DNA from: Octopus sinensis
Lineage: Eukaryota
Direction: 5' to 3'
Assembly (NCBI RefSeq): GCF_006345805.1
Contig: NC_042998.1
Coordinates: forward strand, 178,808,001 to 178,872,000
Length of the DNA: 64,000 bases
A program made the position numbers and the translations under genes. How positions within the stretch are numbered: the stretch's first letter is position 1; each line of letters opens with the position of its first letter. Under the pieces are notes generated by a model. It saw only the letters and a list, made by a program, of their open reading frames with translations, was not told the DNA's origin and did no database searches. This document shows, piece by piece, positions 25,896 through 40,357 of the stretch.

Positions 25896-26210
25896 ATCAT
25901 CATCAACGTTTAACGTCCGTTTTCTGCGCTAGCACGGGTTGGACGGTTCGACCGGGGTCTGGGAAGCCAGGGGCTGCACCAGGCTCCAGTCTGATCTGGC
26001 AGTGTTTCTACAGCTGGATGCCTTTCCTAACGCCAACCACTCCGCGAGTGTAGTGGGTGCTTTTTACGTGCCACCTGCACAGGTGCCGGGGGGGGGTCTG
26101 GCATCGGCCTGATCGGTTGGTGCTTTTAACGTGCCACTGGCACGGAAGCCAGCCAAGGCGGCGCTGGCATCAGTCACGTTCGGATGGTGCTTTTTATGTG
26201 CCACCGGCAC
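25896..26210 (-). mobile_element. SINE-like repeat, (GAT)n-tail family (young)
   Basis: CATCATCAACGTTTAACGTCCGTTTTCTGCGCTAGCACGGG plus the family core. Confidence 0.85.
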
Positions 26211-27411
26211 ATATATATATATGTAGAGAGAGAGAGAGAAATATGAGTATATATGTGTGTGTGTGTATATATGTGTGTGTAAGTATGTGTGCATATACAT
26301 GTGTATATGTTTGTGTGCGTGTATCATCATCATCACCAACAACTTAACATCTATCTGTCATGCTGGTATAGGTTGGACATTTTGACAGGAGCTGTTAAGT
26401 TAGAGGAGTGCACCAAGCTTCACAATCTATTTTGGCATGGATTTTATGGCTGGATGCCCTTCCCAACACCAACCACTTTACACACACACTTTCAGTCACC
26501 ACCTACAAAATATACTGACAAGGCTGTGGTTGAGCCATGGCTGTACTAGAAGACACTGGCCCATGTGTCACACAGTGGAACTGAACTCAAAATCATGTGG
26601 CTGGGTAGCAAACGTCTTAACCACATAGCCATGCCTGCATCAAGGATTATTTATAAACACATGTCTAGCAGGCATGAAAAACAGACATTGAATGGTGTGT
26701 GTGTGTGTGTCTGCGTGTGCACGTGGTTATGAAGGCTGGCATCTCACATCTAATTGTTTGAATTTCACATTTTCTATCATCAGACTGGATACAATGATAG
26801 GGAACATAAAAAAAGAATTTGAATAACTACAATTTATGTGTCTGCTTTCATAAACTTAACTCTCACCCCTTGGCATTGCATAGTTTTGAATTTCTCTTCT
26901 GTACCTACATATACCATATGTGTGTGTGTGTATATATAAGACAGTATTGCATGTGTGTATAACAGAATGCCAAACTGCATCTTTTTATATCAAAAAGTAA
27001 TGTTCTATCATTATATTTAATCAAGACAAAGCTTATTTAACACCACTTAAGCATTGTTTACTGGTGACATTAGGAAATTGGCATAATGAATCCCATAAAT
27101 GCTTATTCAAGTCCAGTAAAGTAATCCTACAACAAAGTATTCATCTAAGCAAAGACACAATTGTATGAAATCCTTTACTTCCAGCTTTATTCAACTCAGC
27201 ACTCATCAAACTGGTAGCCATCAATGACACATGATCATCCAGTTGAGTCACATGATGAAAAATGTAAAACAAACATTCAACATAATTAGTAATTTTAATT
27301 ACAATATCACAATAACTTAGACATTTAATAGAGAGAGGCTGATAAAATAAGTGCCAACTGAAATATTTATGAAAGGTTGGTCATTTTGCTAGGTTGTCTT
27401 ACTTGTTAGGA

Positions 27412-27779
27412 AACAATCAACTGTGTCTGTAAGGCACAATCAACTGTGCCATTAGGACATAATCAGCTGACCCTGTAGGGCACAATAAACTGTGCCATTA
27501 GGACACAGTCAGCTAACCCTGTAGGGCACAATAAACTGTTTCATTAGGACACAATAAACTGTGCCATTAGGACACAATCAGCTGACCCTGTAGGGCACAA
27601 TAAACTGTTTTATTAGGACACAATAAACTGTGCCATTAGGACACGATCAGCTGACCCTGTAGGGCACAATAAACTGTGCCATTAGGACATGATCAGTTTT
27701 CCCTGTAGGGTACGAACAATAGTACAATTAGGACACAATCAACTATCTCTGTAGGGCACAACCAACTGTGCCACTGGGA
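27412..27779. repeat. Minisatellite: 16 x 23-bp units of two alternating variants
   Basis: Unit A CACAATAAACTGTGCCATTAGGA and unit B CACAATCAGCTGACCCTGTAGGG, head-to-tail with no spacers. Confidence 0.92.
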
Positions 27780-27855
27780 CATGAACATAAAGACAGACCA
27801 CTAAGCATTTTGCCCAGCAGTCTAACAATTCTGCCAGCTTGAATAAAAAATAAGG

Positions 27856-28195
27856 CATGACTGTGTAGTTAAGAAGCTTGCTTTGCAACCATGTGGATTC
27901 AGGTTCAGTCTCATTGAACAGCACCTAGGGCAAATGTCAGGCATTATAGCCCTAGGCTGATGAATGACTGAATTTGGTAGATGGAAATTGTATGGAAGCC
28001 CATCAGGTATGTGTACACATGTGTCTTTGTCTCTCCTCAACACACCCACATTTGATAACTGATGCTCCATTGTCTTCATCTCCATAACTTAGTGGTTCAG
28101 CTAAAGGGACTGAAAAATACTAGTGTCAATTTGTTCATTTAAACCCTTCAAGATGGTGCCTCAGCATGGCCACAATCCATTTATGAAAGAAGTAA
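27856..28195 (+). mobile_element. tRNA-derived SINE (family of 46704-47140), decayed
   Basis: AGGCATGACTGTGTAGTTAAGAAGCTTGCTT...CAGGTTCAGTC head, ...CAGCATGGCCACAATCC tail. Confidence 0.7.
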
Positions 28196-28480
28196 AAAAT
28201 AAAAGATATCATTATTATTATGAATTACGTATCTCAAATTGGATAACAGATAACACAAAGACTGTTGCTTTCCTATGAACTATCTTTTCTACCTTGAAAA
28301 TATAATAAAAAGCCTGAGCACAAAAGGTCAGCTTTTTTATTTATTTCCTGTTGGCATGAACATTGTCATCACTAATTTTTATTATTTTTAACCATTGCAA
28401 AGCATTTAATTTGGTACTCTACTGTTCTTAGCTACTCATTATAAATAAGTCATAATTTCTTTTTATTAGCCAATAAATAC

Positions 28481-29000
28481 ATCATCATCATCACTTAACG
28501 TCCACTTTCCATGCTAGCATGGGTTGGACGATTTGACTGAGGACTGGCAAACCAGATGGCTGCACCAGGCTCCAATCTGATCTGGCAGAGTTTCTACAGC
28601 TTGATGCCCTCCCTAATGCCAATCACTCTGAGAGTGTAGTGGGTGCTTTTACGTGCCACCGGCACGAGGGCCAGTCAGGCGGTACTGGCAACAGCCACAC
28701 TCAAATGGTGCTTTTTATGTGCCACCTGCACAGGAGCCAGTCCAGCGGCACTGGCAACAACCTCGCTCAAATGTTTTTTCACATGCCAGTAAGGCGACGC
28801 TAGTAACGATCACACTCAAATGGTGCTTTTTACGTGCCACCGGCACGGAAGCCAGTTAGCTGCTCTGGCAATGATCATGCTTGGATGGTGCTCTTAGTGC
28901 TCCACTAGCACAGATGCCAGTCATTGAATTTGATTTCGATTTCACTTGCCTCAACAGGTCTTCACAAGCAGAGTTTAGTGTCCAATGAAGGAAAAGTACG
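28481..29000 (-). mobile_element. SINE-like repeat, (GAT)n-tail family, with a long modular 5' region
   Basis: Family core plus several GGTGCTTTT(T)ACGTGCCACC modules. Confidence 0.85.
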
Positions 29001-29164
29001 CATAAATGTCTTCAGAAGCTATATATTTATGCACCATGCACTGTGGTGTCAGATTATGGAATGAATTGCGTTATACTTTAGAAATATCAAAAAACTTTTT
29101 CCATTCACTCCAAGTACTATTTTTTAAATCTAGATTATACACTCCAGTTGTACATACACACACA

Positions 29165-29233
<69 letters not shown>

Positions 29234-30277
29234 CTACACACACGCACATATATATATATATCTACACACACACACATACACACACTTTGAATATTGTGCA
29301 AGAGAAACCACTCTCTGATAAATCAACAAAATTCCACCTATGCAGTATAAAAGGTGTCTTCTTCAATATGGGTTGAGATTAAAGGTTTAAGCTATGAGTA
29401 CATAATATGGCACCCACACCATACAGTTGCCCAAAGAAAGATTTCATATCAATAAGAAAAATATAAAGTGTACCACATGCTTTTTTCAAGTATAGTTTAA
29501 GGTTTTACAAAATCTATACAACTTTTTTTCAGTATCTTGCAAAGTCTTATTCATAATTTTGTCATACACAAATAGATCTATTAAAATGAGTAAGCAGAAG
29601 TTACTTCATTTTTTACAAAAATTTTCAACTTTAAAACAGTTTTTTTAAACTTCCCATGCAAAGTAAATCATTGATGTGTTACTCTCCACTGATATTTTAT
29701 TTTCTATACAAAGGGCGCCATTAATTTTTAATTGTCCAGTAATGCTCGAATTAATGTCCAGTGTGTCACAAGGTTAAAAAAATCAACTTTTCAATACAAT
29801 TGGATTCTTAACAATTTTTTTATTCAGAGTAATCTGAACACTAAAGGGTTAAAACTCTACATGCTTCAGGATAAATTAACAGAAAACTCAATATCATTAT
29901 GATCATCATTTTATTTGCACTTTTTATGCTAGGTCCTTATTCAGAGTTACTACCCTCCTCTAATGACTATATCTTGTTTGTATGTTCTATTTTTGGCATG
30001 TTTTCTATAGCTGGATGACCTTCCTACGACCAACTACCTTATAGAAGTTTCTAGGTACATTTATTATATAGTACCTGCTCTAGAAAGGTTCTCGTGTCCT
30101 TCACAGACAAAACTACAGTATCCTTTTAACCTTAGATTAAAAATATTTCAGATAAACAGCAATTAAAATAATTTCTTAAAAAAAGAAACTGACTAATATA
30201 AGAATCAAAATAATTATTTTCTAAGAATTTATTTTTTTAAATGTATTTCATAAATCTTTCAATATTCTGTGTAAGAA

Positions 30278-30682
30278 AGGCGGTGAGCTGGCAGAAACGT
30301 TAGCACGCCAGGTGAAATGCTTAGTGGTATTTCATCTGCCATTACGTTCTCAGTTCAAATTCCGCCGAGGTCAACTTTGCCTTTCATCCTTTCAGGGTCG
30401 ATAAATTAAGTACCAGTTACACACTAGGGTCAATATAATCGACTTAATCTATTTGTCTGTCCTTGTTTGTCCTCTCTGTGTTTAGCCCCTTGTAGGTAGT
30501 AAAGAAATAGGTATTTCATCTGTCTTTACATTCTAAGTTCAAATTCTGCCTAGGTCAACTTTGCCTTTCATTCTTTCGAGGTCGATAAATTAAGCACCAG
30601 TTGCATACTGGGTTCAATCTAATCGACTGCCCTCCCCTCCCCCAAAATTTCAGGCCTTCTGCCTAGAGTAGAAAAGAATATT
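30278..30682 (+). mobile_element. Dimeric tRNA-derived SINE
   Basis: AGGCGGTGAGCTGGCAGAAACGTTAGC head. Two internal copies of AGTTCAAATTC...GGTCAACTTTGCCTTTCAT...GGTCGATAAATTAAG(T/C)ACCAGTT. A further monomer lies at about 30690-30845. Confidence 0.8.
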
Positions 30683-30904
30683 TTGTGTAAAAAGTTAAAT
30701 TCTGAGTTCAAATTCCACCAAGGACAACTTTGCCTTTCATCCTTTCAGGGTCAATTAAATAAGTACCAGCTGAATACTGAGACCAATATAATTGTGTAGC
30801 CTCCACCCAAATTTGCTGGCCTTGTGCCAAAATTTGAAATCAATATTTCATGTAAAAACATTTCTAGGCAATGGAAAGCAAGATTTGCTATATGAGTCTA
30901 TATG

Positions 30905-31135
30905 CTCTATGAGGCATATAGACTCATAGAACCTGTTTCCTGGTTCCCCCCCACACCTGGACAGGACACTGGTCCATCACAGGATTAGTCATCTTTGCCA
31001 GCTGAGTGAACTGGAGCAACATGAAATGAAGGCATTTTGCTCAAGAACACAACGTAGTGCCTGGTCTAAGAACTGAAACCACAATCTTGCTATCATGAAC
31101 CCAACACCCTAACCACCAAGCCACACACCTCTACA
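30905..31135 (-). mobile_element. tRNA-derived SINE (second copy at 32045-32300)
   Basis: Both copies share TTTGCCAGCTGAGTG(A/G)ACTGGAGCAAC...TGCTCAAGAACACAA. Minus-strand head is GTGGCTTGGTGGTTAGGGTGTTGGG. Confidence 0.7.
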
Positions 31136-32791
31136 TTTACTACTACTACCATCTCATGCATAACATTTCAAAGTTGAACTACTTTGTCTCAGTTATAAGA
31201 TAATGTGCACTATATCACTGCACATCACAATCATCATCCACATTCATTCAACAGGTTCAATGGGTTGCTAGGATACAGTGAGTCGCAAGGTTGAACTGAG
31301 CTCTAATGCCAGCTTTGGCATGGTTTCTATGGCTGGATGACCTTCTGAATGCCAGCCACTTTACAGAGTATATACTAGGTACTTTTTTCACGTCACTGGC
31401 ACTAATGAAGTCACCACGTAACTTACAAGACAAGAAAAGAACAGGATAAAGCCCCCATCAACTAAATGATAGGGAGTATTTGAGAGGGGGAGGTCATTTT
31501 CTGTGAGATGTTGAGAGTTAAAAGTATGATAGAGAGACAAGCAGAGGTGTCTTGTTATAGAGAGGATACATGGCTACCCTGAATTATACAAGGTGGCTAG
31601 GAAGAGATATAGATGGTAGTGATGGATTGCTAGAGCAAACCCTGGGAGGATATGGACAGTGGATTGGGGGTAGGGTACTTTCATAGGAGCATGAGGGGAC
31701 AGTAACAGCTGGTCAGAGGTGATGGTTGAGGTGTAGTGAGTGATGGACAACAGGAAGGCTGATGGGAAATATCAATTCAGAGAGGGAGTAAGGTGAGAGA
31801 GATAGAAGTGGAAGATAAATCAGGAAGTGGGAGGATGATGAGTAAGGTGTTGGAGCAGCGGGGAAAGATGCTGAGGTACATAAAGGTAACTAATGGTAGA
31901 TGTGAGAAGGCATTGAGAACAATAGTAGATATGAGAGGTGTTATGATGAAGAATGACACAGAGGGAGATATAACTGAGAAGGGAGTAACCAGTGAAAATA
32001 GTGTGGGAAGGGATGCAAGTGGCTCCAGGGATGGGATGGGGTAGTAAAGGTGAAGTTAACTTCTCGAGTCATGCTGACCCACAAGGGCTGGTTTCCCACT
32101 TTCATGGCATGTATATTCCTCACCTGGATGGGATGCCAGTTCATTACAGGATTACTCATTTTTGCCAGCTGAGTGGACTGGAGCAACGTGAAAATGAAGT
32201 GTCTTGCTCAAGAACACAATGCATCACCCGGTCCAAGAATCAAAACTGCAATCTTACAATCATGAGTCTAATACTCTAACCACAAAGTCACGCGCCTCCA
32301 CAGTAGTGCAGTGAATGGGTAGGAGATATAATATGCACCAATTCTCCTCCCAAGTGATTACAGCAGCAAAGTAGTGCCGTGGAGAGAAGAGTGACAGAGG
32401 GATGGGTGTTAGGGGAATGCGATGTGAGGAATGCTTGACAGGACAGAATGGATGTGGGGGCAAGGCCAAGCACATACAAACATAAACAAAGTACTTCTAG
32501 AACCTTTTTACTGTGATAGATAGGTCTTCTTGAGCACAGTGAATTGTCAGTCATTTTGGTCCTTTATCAACTCCTCTTTGAGGCTCAGCATTTTAAGGTC
32601 AGTCTTCATGAGATACAATTAAAAAAGGTTGGCATCAGGAAGGGCATCTAGTCATAAAGCACTACCTGAAATAGTGCTGTCCTGCCCGAAGTACCTTGCA
32701 GTGAGAGTGAACCAGCAACCAACGGTTGTGAAGCAAATTTTTTAACCCATAATGCAGTGTTTTGAAATAAATCAATTACAAAGGAAAACCA

Positions 32792-33881
32792 GATCTTTTC
32801 AACCACAGTCACAGATTTTTTAATCAATGTTTTTTGACTAAACGATTTGAAACTTTGGATGCTGGTTGAATGTGTCAAGTAGAAAATTTTGTATTTTAGA
32901 AGTTATTTCATGTTAAAGTTGTCGTATTTGGGTAATTTTAACCAATCAATGACGTGTATTCAGCTGAAGCAAGTTACTGCTGTTTGCGAAAGTAATGGAA
33001 AAAGCAATAACATCCGGGTCATTGGGTCATGTTTTGGACGCTGCATACATATATGCATGTAAATACACAGACACATGTATATGTATACATACTCACACAC
33101 CAATACATACGCACACATGCAACTTTTAGAACGCTCAGTAAACGAAAGGGAGGCGGGTGTGAGGAATATACGGCTTTAAGGAGGGAGGGAGATTGTGAAG
33201 TTGATGACAGTTGTTCATGCTGTTCATCACACACCCACACATTCATATGTAAAGCTGATACCCCCCCCCCACCGAATGGAATCAAGAAAAAGGAGGGGGG
33301 GTTAATAAATTAATATGTAGTGGTAGGGGGATGGTAAGTTTATATAAGCTGTCATTCAGATTGTCAACACACCACCACTCTCTCTGTTGTCTCTCTCTCT
33401 CTCTACAATTTGCTGGAAATAACAACCAAATCTCTCTCAATGTCACACACTAACATTATATAAATGAGAGGACACAGTGGATAAGATGAGCAAAAATACA
33501 CACGCACACACGTATGTATTCCCTATAAAAGAACTTTCTGTTTTTCTCAACCACCTTTCTTATCTTTTATACTTTTCTCCCAAATCTCTCTCTCTCTCTC
33601 TCTCTCTTTCATGACCTGATGACCCGGAAGTTGTTGCTCTTCCATTACTTTCTCGCAAACAGCAGTAACTTTCTTCAGCTGAATACACATCATCGATTGA
33701 TTAAAATTACCCAAATACGACAACTTTAACACGAAATAATTTCTAATATACAAAATTTTATCAAATACATTAAGAGTAAACAGTGTTCTACATGACATAT
33801 TCAACCAGTATCCGAAGTTTCAAACTGTTTAGTTAAAAAAAAAATTAATTTTAAAAATCTGTGACTGAGATTAAAAAGATC
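32792..33881. mobile_element. Non-autonomous element with long terminal inverted repeats (about 240-270 bp)
   Basis: 32792-33031 is the diverged reverse complement of 33610-33881. The centre is microsatellite-rich and non-coding. Confidence 0.75.
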
Positions 33882-34700
33882 CAAAATAGAATTATTCAAT
33901 TTGCTACATCATTTAAATACACACAGAAAGGGGAATATTTAAATCCACACATGCTGACAATGTGATATTTTTGTTTTGAGGGTTGCACACTTAATGACTA
34001 TTCCAGACATATATATTCCACTCTTTGAGGTCAACAGCCTGAATAACTGAAAATATGAAAACATCTAAATTTTTGTATTGCATTCGGTAAAAATTCAAAT
34101 TTTTTTTTAAATGCCTGACAAACTAGTTTTTTGATATATATGCACTATGGCATCAAATCATGGAATACACTGCCTAACAACTTTTCAAAGACTGTATTTG
34201 ATGGGTTTTCCCCCAAAAAAAGTCTAAAAAAAAAAGACGTTTTCAAGAATGGATATTTTATAAACTTCAACTACATTTCAACAAACAAAACATACTTTGT
34301 GTATCAAACACTTTGTGACAATTTTTTGTCAATGAATTATTGCCAGCAACTCTTTTTTTTTTTTTTTGCTTTTCATTAGTACCAAGCACTGAAGAAAAAT
34401 TAATTATATTTTTAAAGACTGGTAAAGCACCTAAGTACCTCTTGCTGTGCACCAGTGCTCTATGGCATACTGTTTGACGATTGGTATAGACATATATAGA
34501 TTTTTCTTTTATAGACATATATACATTTTCCTTTTATTGACCACTCTGTATTTTTAGGATAATATGAAAATCTTTTTGTGAGTAAACTCTTTTGGGACAA
34601 GTGGGTAAACAGTTTCTTGCACACACCATATTGAGTACTCCTAGCTTAAACCCTTAACCCTTTAGTGTACAGATTTCTTTGACAAATATATTGTTTATTT

Positions 34701-35078
34701 ATTACCTCTGCCAAGAAAGGAGGTTATGTTTTCATTGATGTTGGCTTGTCCATCTGTGTGCAAAGTAACTCATAAAGTTGTGAACGGTATTTGATGAAAC
34801 TTGCAGGAAGAGTTGGTGATGGCACAAGGAACAGATGATGAAATTTTGGTAGTGATCTGGGAATTTTTATGGATTCTTCAAGGGTTTTTCATTTGTTATA
34901 TTTACTTTACATGAAGTATTACAATGTTATGTTCTTTGATTATCTCCCTTGAAAACACGTTCATTGTTTGCATGTAACCTATGGTGGCGTTGCTGTTTCC
35001 AAAGTTTATTTTCATTTCTCTATTTGTAATTTTACTTGTGTATCTATCTTAAAATGAGCTGCTTGGCAGAGGTCTGTG
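34701..35078. mobile_element. HINE/DINE-1-like (Helentron-associated) short element
   Basis: ATTACCTCTGCCAAG...GGAGGTTATGTTTTC at the left end and the inverted CTTGGCAGAGGT near the right end. The class is assigned from recall of this terminal architecture. Confidence 0.45.
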
Positions 35079-35139
35079 GAGGATGACATGACAAGCTTTG
35101 ACTATTGGGCTTGACTCAAAAAGCTCAGGCTTTGCTCCT

Positions 35140-35465
35140 TCCACCACCACTGTGAGCTCTATATCATCTGTATGATATGGAAAACATTCCATCAACATTG
35201 CCCATCTTAAAAAATTTGTCCGAGGCTTGGCCCCCGTGCCATCCATCCACTACAGAAATGTTCGTGTCGTATCACAACACTATGACAGAACTATTTCACC
35301 TCAATTGGACCTGCTCTCTTCAACATTGTGCCAGACACATATAAAAGAGGAAAGTGACTTCACGGCATTCAAAACGATCCCTAGATGATTACCCCTAACA
35401 AATACCAGATAAACCACCCAACACCCAGATATGTCTCTAAAAACACTCTGCTTGAATGGGCTACG
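35140..35465 (+). pseudogene. 3' end of a CR1-like LINE ORF2
   Basis: With frameshifts: FTSIGPALFNIVP..KEESDFTAFK...QIPDKPP..RYVSKN.LLEWA, which resembles CR1-group C-termini. Confidence 0.6.
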
Positions 35466-35854
35466 GTTCCCCAGAGCTGACTGTGGATCTCTTCCAGGTG
35501 GTGCTATTAAATTAGACATGGCCTGAGTCAACTTCGGCTGAAACTTATCTAAGTAATCTAATCTATGCTGTAACCTATTAACCAAAGCTAGACAACATGA
35601 GTAGAGGCTAATATCTTAACATTTCTGATAGTCGTAAGTATAAAAAAAAAATTATTAAAGATTTATATAGAACTACATTCAGAGTATATCTATAAGCTAT
35701 TGTATTTAGACCTGTTTTCTATCCTCAAACTGTTCCATTTTGTAGATGCAATTTTTTTTTTTAATAAAGCACTCCAAAATTTGAAAAATCAAAAATCTGC
35801 AACAATCTCGGTCCCATGAGTATCGGATAATGGATTTTCAACTGTGTGAAGAAA

Positions 35855-36262
35855 CTGATTGTGGTGATCGTAGTTTTGACGGTGATTGTGGTGAAAGCAG
35901 AGACAGTGTTGATGATGATGATGGTTGAGATAAAATATGAGAGGAGGATAAAATAGTACCGGTGGTTATAATGGCGACAGGAGCGGTGTGATGTGTGATG
36001 CAGAGATGATGGTGGTAATAGTGGTGTTAATGATAGTGTTAGTTGTGTGATGGTGGTATTGTAGTGGTTATACTGGTTGTGGTGGTGAAAGTGACTGTCA
36101 AGGTAACTGTCATGATAACGTTGATGGTGGTGTATGTAGTTGAAGTGGAAGCAATGACAATGCTGCTGATGATGTTGGTGGTTGTGGTGGTGGTGATAGT
36201 GGTAGGATAGTTGTGGTGATGATAGTGGTAGATTAGTTGTGGTGGTGGTGGTGGTCGTCGTT
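35855..36262. repeat. (GGT/GAT)n-like low-complexity tract
   Basis: Degenerate trinucleotide repeats. This is the source of the His/Thr-rich ORF 35761-36267. Confidence 0.85.
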
Positions 36263-39200
36263 GTCATCGTGCTGCTCCTGCTGGTCTGGCAGACGTCGGC
36301 GCTCTCTGAGTGCTTTTCTAGTTACTTTTGTTTTGAATTAATACACATTATCTTGGAGCTTCAAAATTTCAATGGTATGTCTGTATCTTTTTAGAATGAC
36401 ATTGTAGGGGAGGTGTAAGAGGTTGGATCTAGTCAGTTTTAAAATAAAACAGGTAGAATATCTGGGTCAAATTAAATGCTAAAGAGTTAACCTCAGCCCA
36501 CATTAACCACAGCATCATCTATACTGCATGGCTAGTGACCTGTTGACCAAAATAAGAATGGCTTCAGCAGTGCAATATTCTAAGAGTATCTTATAAAATA
36601 ACACTTAGAATCAATGAAATAAAAATGTAGCTATTTCTGAAGTCTAAGAGAGCATATTCCATAATTTGGCACCACTGTGCATATGTGATGTATACATAAT
36701 TTGTCAAACATTTTGTTTTCTTTTTTGAGTTTATATTAAATAGGAAACCTAAAATAATTTAGCATAAATTTTCATATTTTCAGTTATTCAGAAGGTTGAT
36801 CTCAAAGAGTGAAATATATATTTCTGAAATCTCAGTAGGCAACCATCAAAACAGAAATGTCAGACTGTCTAGCCAAGCTTATCCTATTAACATGTCTAGA
36901 TTTAAATCCTGCCCTTATAGCCTGGTATGTTTATTTATTTATTGTGTTTAAATGAAACAATGAATCAGATAATGATTTTCTTTGTAATTTTATTTTTTTA
37001 CATATCACAGATATAGTGCTGTATGGTAAGGAAATTCATTTCACAACCACAGGTTGTTGGTTCACTTTCAATGCAAGGTACCCTGGGAAAATGTCTTGTA
37101 TAGTAGTGCTCAGTTGGCCTATGCCTTTTGGGTGAAATTTGGTTGACAGAAACTGTCAAGCAGTACAGCTGCAGCCCAGTGACTAAACTGTTAAAAATAT
37201 ACAACAAAACAGATGAATATAAAATTTTCATATTAACCAGTATAATAGAATTTAAGCAAAATAATGCAGCACATTTAGTTTTGCTCAAGAGTAAAGGATA
37301 AACTACCAACAACTACCAAGAACTTTATTGAAGCCAATTAATATTTAGTAGTTTGTTTGCTTTGAGATTTTAAACCAATAATGAAAAGTCCATGTCAGTA
37401 AACATTTCTTCAATGACTGGCACTAATAAATGAAAATGAGTTGCCCATAATAGTTCTTTGTTCACTAAAAAATGGACAGGTAATTCTTTTCACATAGCGT
37501 AAAAAGAAAGTGTATGCCTTGATTGTAAACTTTGGTTGAAGTTTGTACAGAGTACAATCTTGAAAACATTGTTTGGCCAGGTGTAAAGGCTAGAGGAATA
37601 TGAAAGAGATTTTGTATTTAGACAAGCTATTATTTTAAAAAGAATCTCAATGTAAACAAAATTTATTTGAAAAAAAAAACATATTAAAAATATTTCCCTA
37701 ACACTAAACAGTAATGAAATTTGTATTTGTAAGGTATTTGTAAATAAAGTGAAACTACACACTGACAGAGAGTATATTAGTAGCTGTTGCATGGATTTGG
37801 GCTCCAGAAAAAATCTGACAATAGTGAACAGTTTCTAGCTATTAAAAAAGACATGGTCAAACAATATCCACACATTCTCACAACAAACAAATCTGGTATT
37901 GCCTATTGTTTCAATTCGTTGTCCTCATTGTTTATTTATCCAGTTTCTTCTGTGCCTGTATAGACAAGACAAGACAAGCCAGTGCATTATTGTAGAATGC
38001 CTTCCTGACAACAATTCTTTTTTTTTTTCTTATATTTCTCTTATTTGAGACAAAAAAAATTTCAATCACAGCCATCGTGTTTATTAAGATGTTTAGTTGG
38101 ATGGCAAGCATTTCATATTTGTATGTTCAAATAGTTTATTTTTGAAAGAATATAAGTGTCTGTTGAAAATATTTTAGTTAATTATGAACTCGAAAAATTA
38201 ACAGACATTTAATCATGATAACAAAGTATAATTGATGCTATTATAAATACTAGACTATAATTAATGTAAAAGATATATTCCTTATCACTGTCTGGTCAGG
38301 CTTGCTCAGATATTTTTAACCCACAGATATATATTAAACACATTTTAACGCTAGAAATAATATAATTTCTTAAATTAGTAAGGAAAGCATGTGTTAAATT
38401 ATGTACTCTGAGAAATACCCTGTGGTTCCAGTTGGAATACCTTTGACTTTGTTAAAGATCAAAGCTTACTTTTTTTACTTAACAAAAATTTACTGGAAAA
38501 TATAAGACATGGTTATTTTAATTCTAGTATGTATCAGTTTCTTATTTTTTAAAGAAATTATTTTAATTGCTGTTTACTTGAAATGTTTTCAATGTAGAGT
38601 CAAGAGGATCTTAGAGTCTTATCTTGCCAAGGACATGTTAACCTTTCCAGTGCTGGGTCCATGATAAAATGCACCCAGAACTTTCTGTAAGGTAGTTGGT
38701 GTTAAGAAGGTCATCCAGCTATAGAAACCATGCCGAAAATAGAACATACAAACAAATGTGTTCCTCTGTCCTACTGAGGTAGGCACTATCTCTGAATACG
38801 GACCTAGTATGGAAAGTGGATGTAAAAATGATGATAAACAATATTGAGTTTTCTGTTAATTTATTAAGAAGTAAATGAAAAATACAAAATAAATTGGTGT
38901 TTTTGCAATCAATTTGGCCCTTGTTGCTACAGTATAATCAAACAGTTAATTATCTGGAATTTTTAATTATGTTTTCTATTCCATTATGCAATTGTTGCTT
39001 GAATGTTTTGCTGAAAATCAAATCCTTATTGAATGAAAGGGATGATAACTATTGGGAACTTGATAATATAAACTAATTATTAGAATTAAATTGTCCAGAT
39101 ATGACAATCCTGCCTTTCAAATCTCTAAATTTACATTAAAAGTCAATTTCCTTGCCAGCTTCAGGGATTGTTCTATATTCTCCCAGGGTTGAAGTTGCCA

Positions 39201-40175
39201 AAGAGTACATGAAGTGGCCAGTGTCTTCCTATCACCATTTCACTTGTTAGCCATTCTTCATCCATTCTTACTGTTCTCTCCATCAACAAGTTACACTTCA
39301 CTCATTCCCTCATCATTGAACCATATTATCTCCACTTGCCTCTCTCCTTACCACCACTCCTGTGACTTATCCAATCACATGTCATCTCTCTCTCTCTCTC
39401 TTGTCCCCCTTCCCCAGTTAACTTCATCATCATTATCCTGCTGCAAGAGAAATAGTCAAATGAAACTGTCATAGCATGTTACTGGTGCTTTAACACCTGG
39501 GATAACAAAACAAAAACTAACCAATGAGAGAGACTTTATGCTCAGAATGGCAAACACCTCATTCACATTTAGATTTGAAACCACTTTCTGACAAAGTTTG
39601 TTGAAAACCCATTTGAAACAAGAAGTCAGATTTACCTCCCTCCCAATTTTGTTTGTGCAAAACTGAAAGCTTCTGGTTAAAGCAGACATTTGATAGAAAG
39701 GCATTCCAAGATCAGCCTGCCCTTTTTTGCCCCCCAACACAACATATTTAGGATCACATTATCCTATATCCCCTCTTCTTTAAAATATTAGTGTGTGATT
39801 TGACTGCTATTTCTAGTATGCAAAGTGACTATGTAGAGACTTCTGCACTGACTTAATTATTTCATATTATTTCTAATGCCAAGTCAAAGTAGATAATTCC
39901 GAACAGCTACAGAAGATAAAGTACAAGTCAGCATTAACAAGTACATTAAGAATAAAATCTCAATAAATAACCTAAAAGTAACATTTACAAAATACCAACG
40001 ATGATAACCTTAGGTGACATATATATATTATCACATTCAAAAAGAGAAGATTGTTGAAAGTCATGCTCATAAATCATGCGAAGCTTAGTGTTACAAAGTC
40101 AAAATGTTTGTTGGTTATGGCATATAAGGCAAGAATTGACATACATATATGTATAGCATGTTGTGGTAAGGGATA

Positions 40176-40357
40176 TCATCATCATCATCATCATCATCAT
40201 TTAGCGTCCGTTTTCCATGCTAACATGGGTTGGACAGTTCAACTGGGGTCTGTGAAGCCAGAAGGCTGCATCAGGCCCAGTCTGATCTGGCAGTTTTTCT
40301 ACGGCTGGATGCCCTTCCTAACGCCAACCACTCCGCGAGTGTAGTGGGTGCTTTTTA
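40176..40357 (-). mobile_element. SINE-like repeat, (GAT)n-tail family (5'-truncated)
   Basis: Family tail and core. Confidence 0.85.

Noticed and set aside
27412-27779. CRISPR-like array
   Set aside because: Units are contiguous with no unique spacers, the context is eukaryotic, and there are no cas genes.
35761-36267. 168-aa His/Thr-rich ORF and similar poly-I, poly-H and YIYI ORFs
   Set aside because: These are translations of microsatellite or low-complexity DNA.
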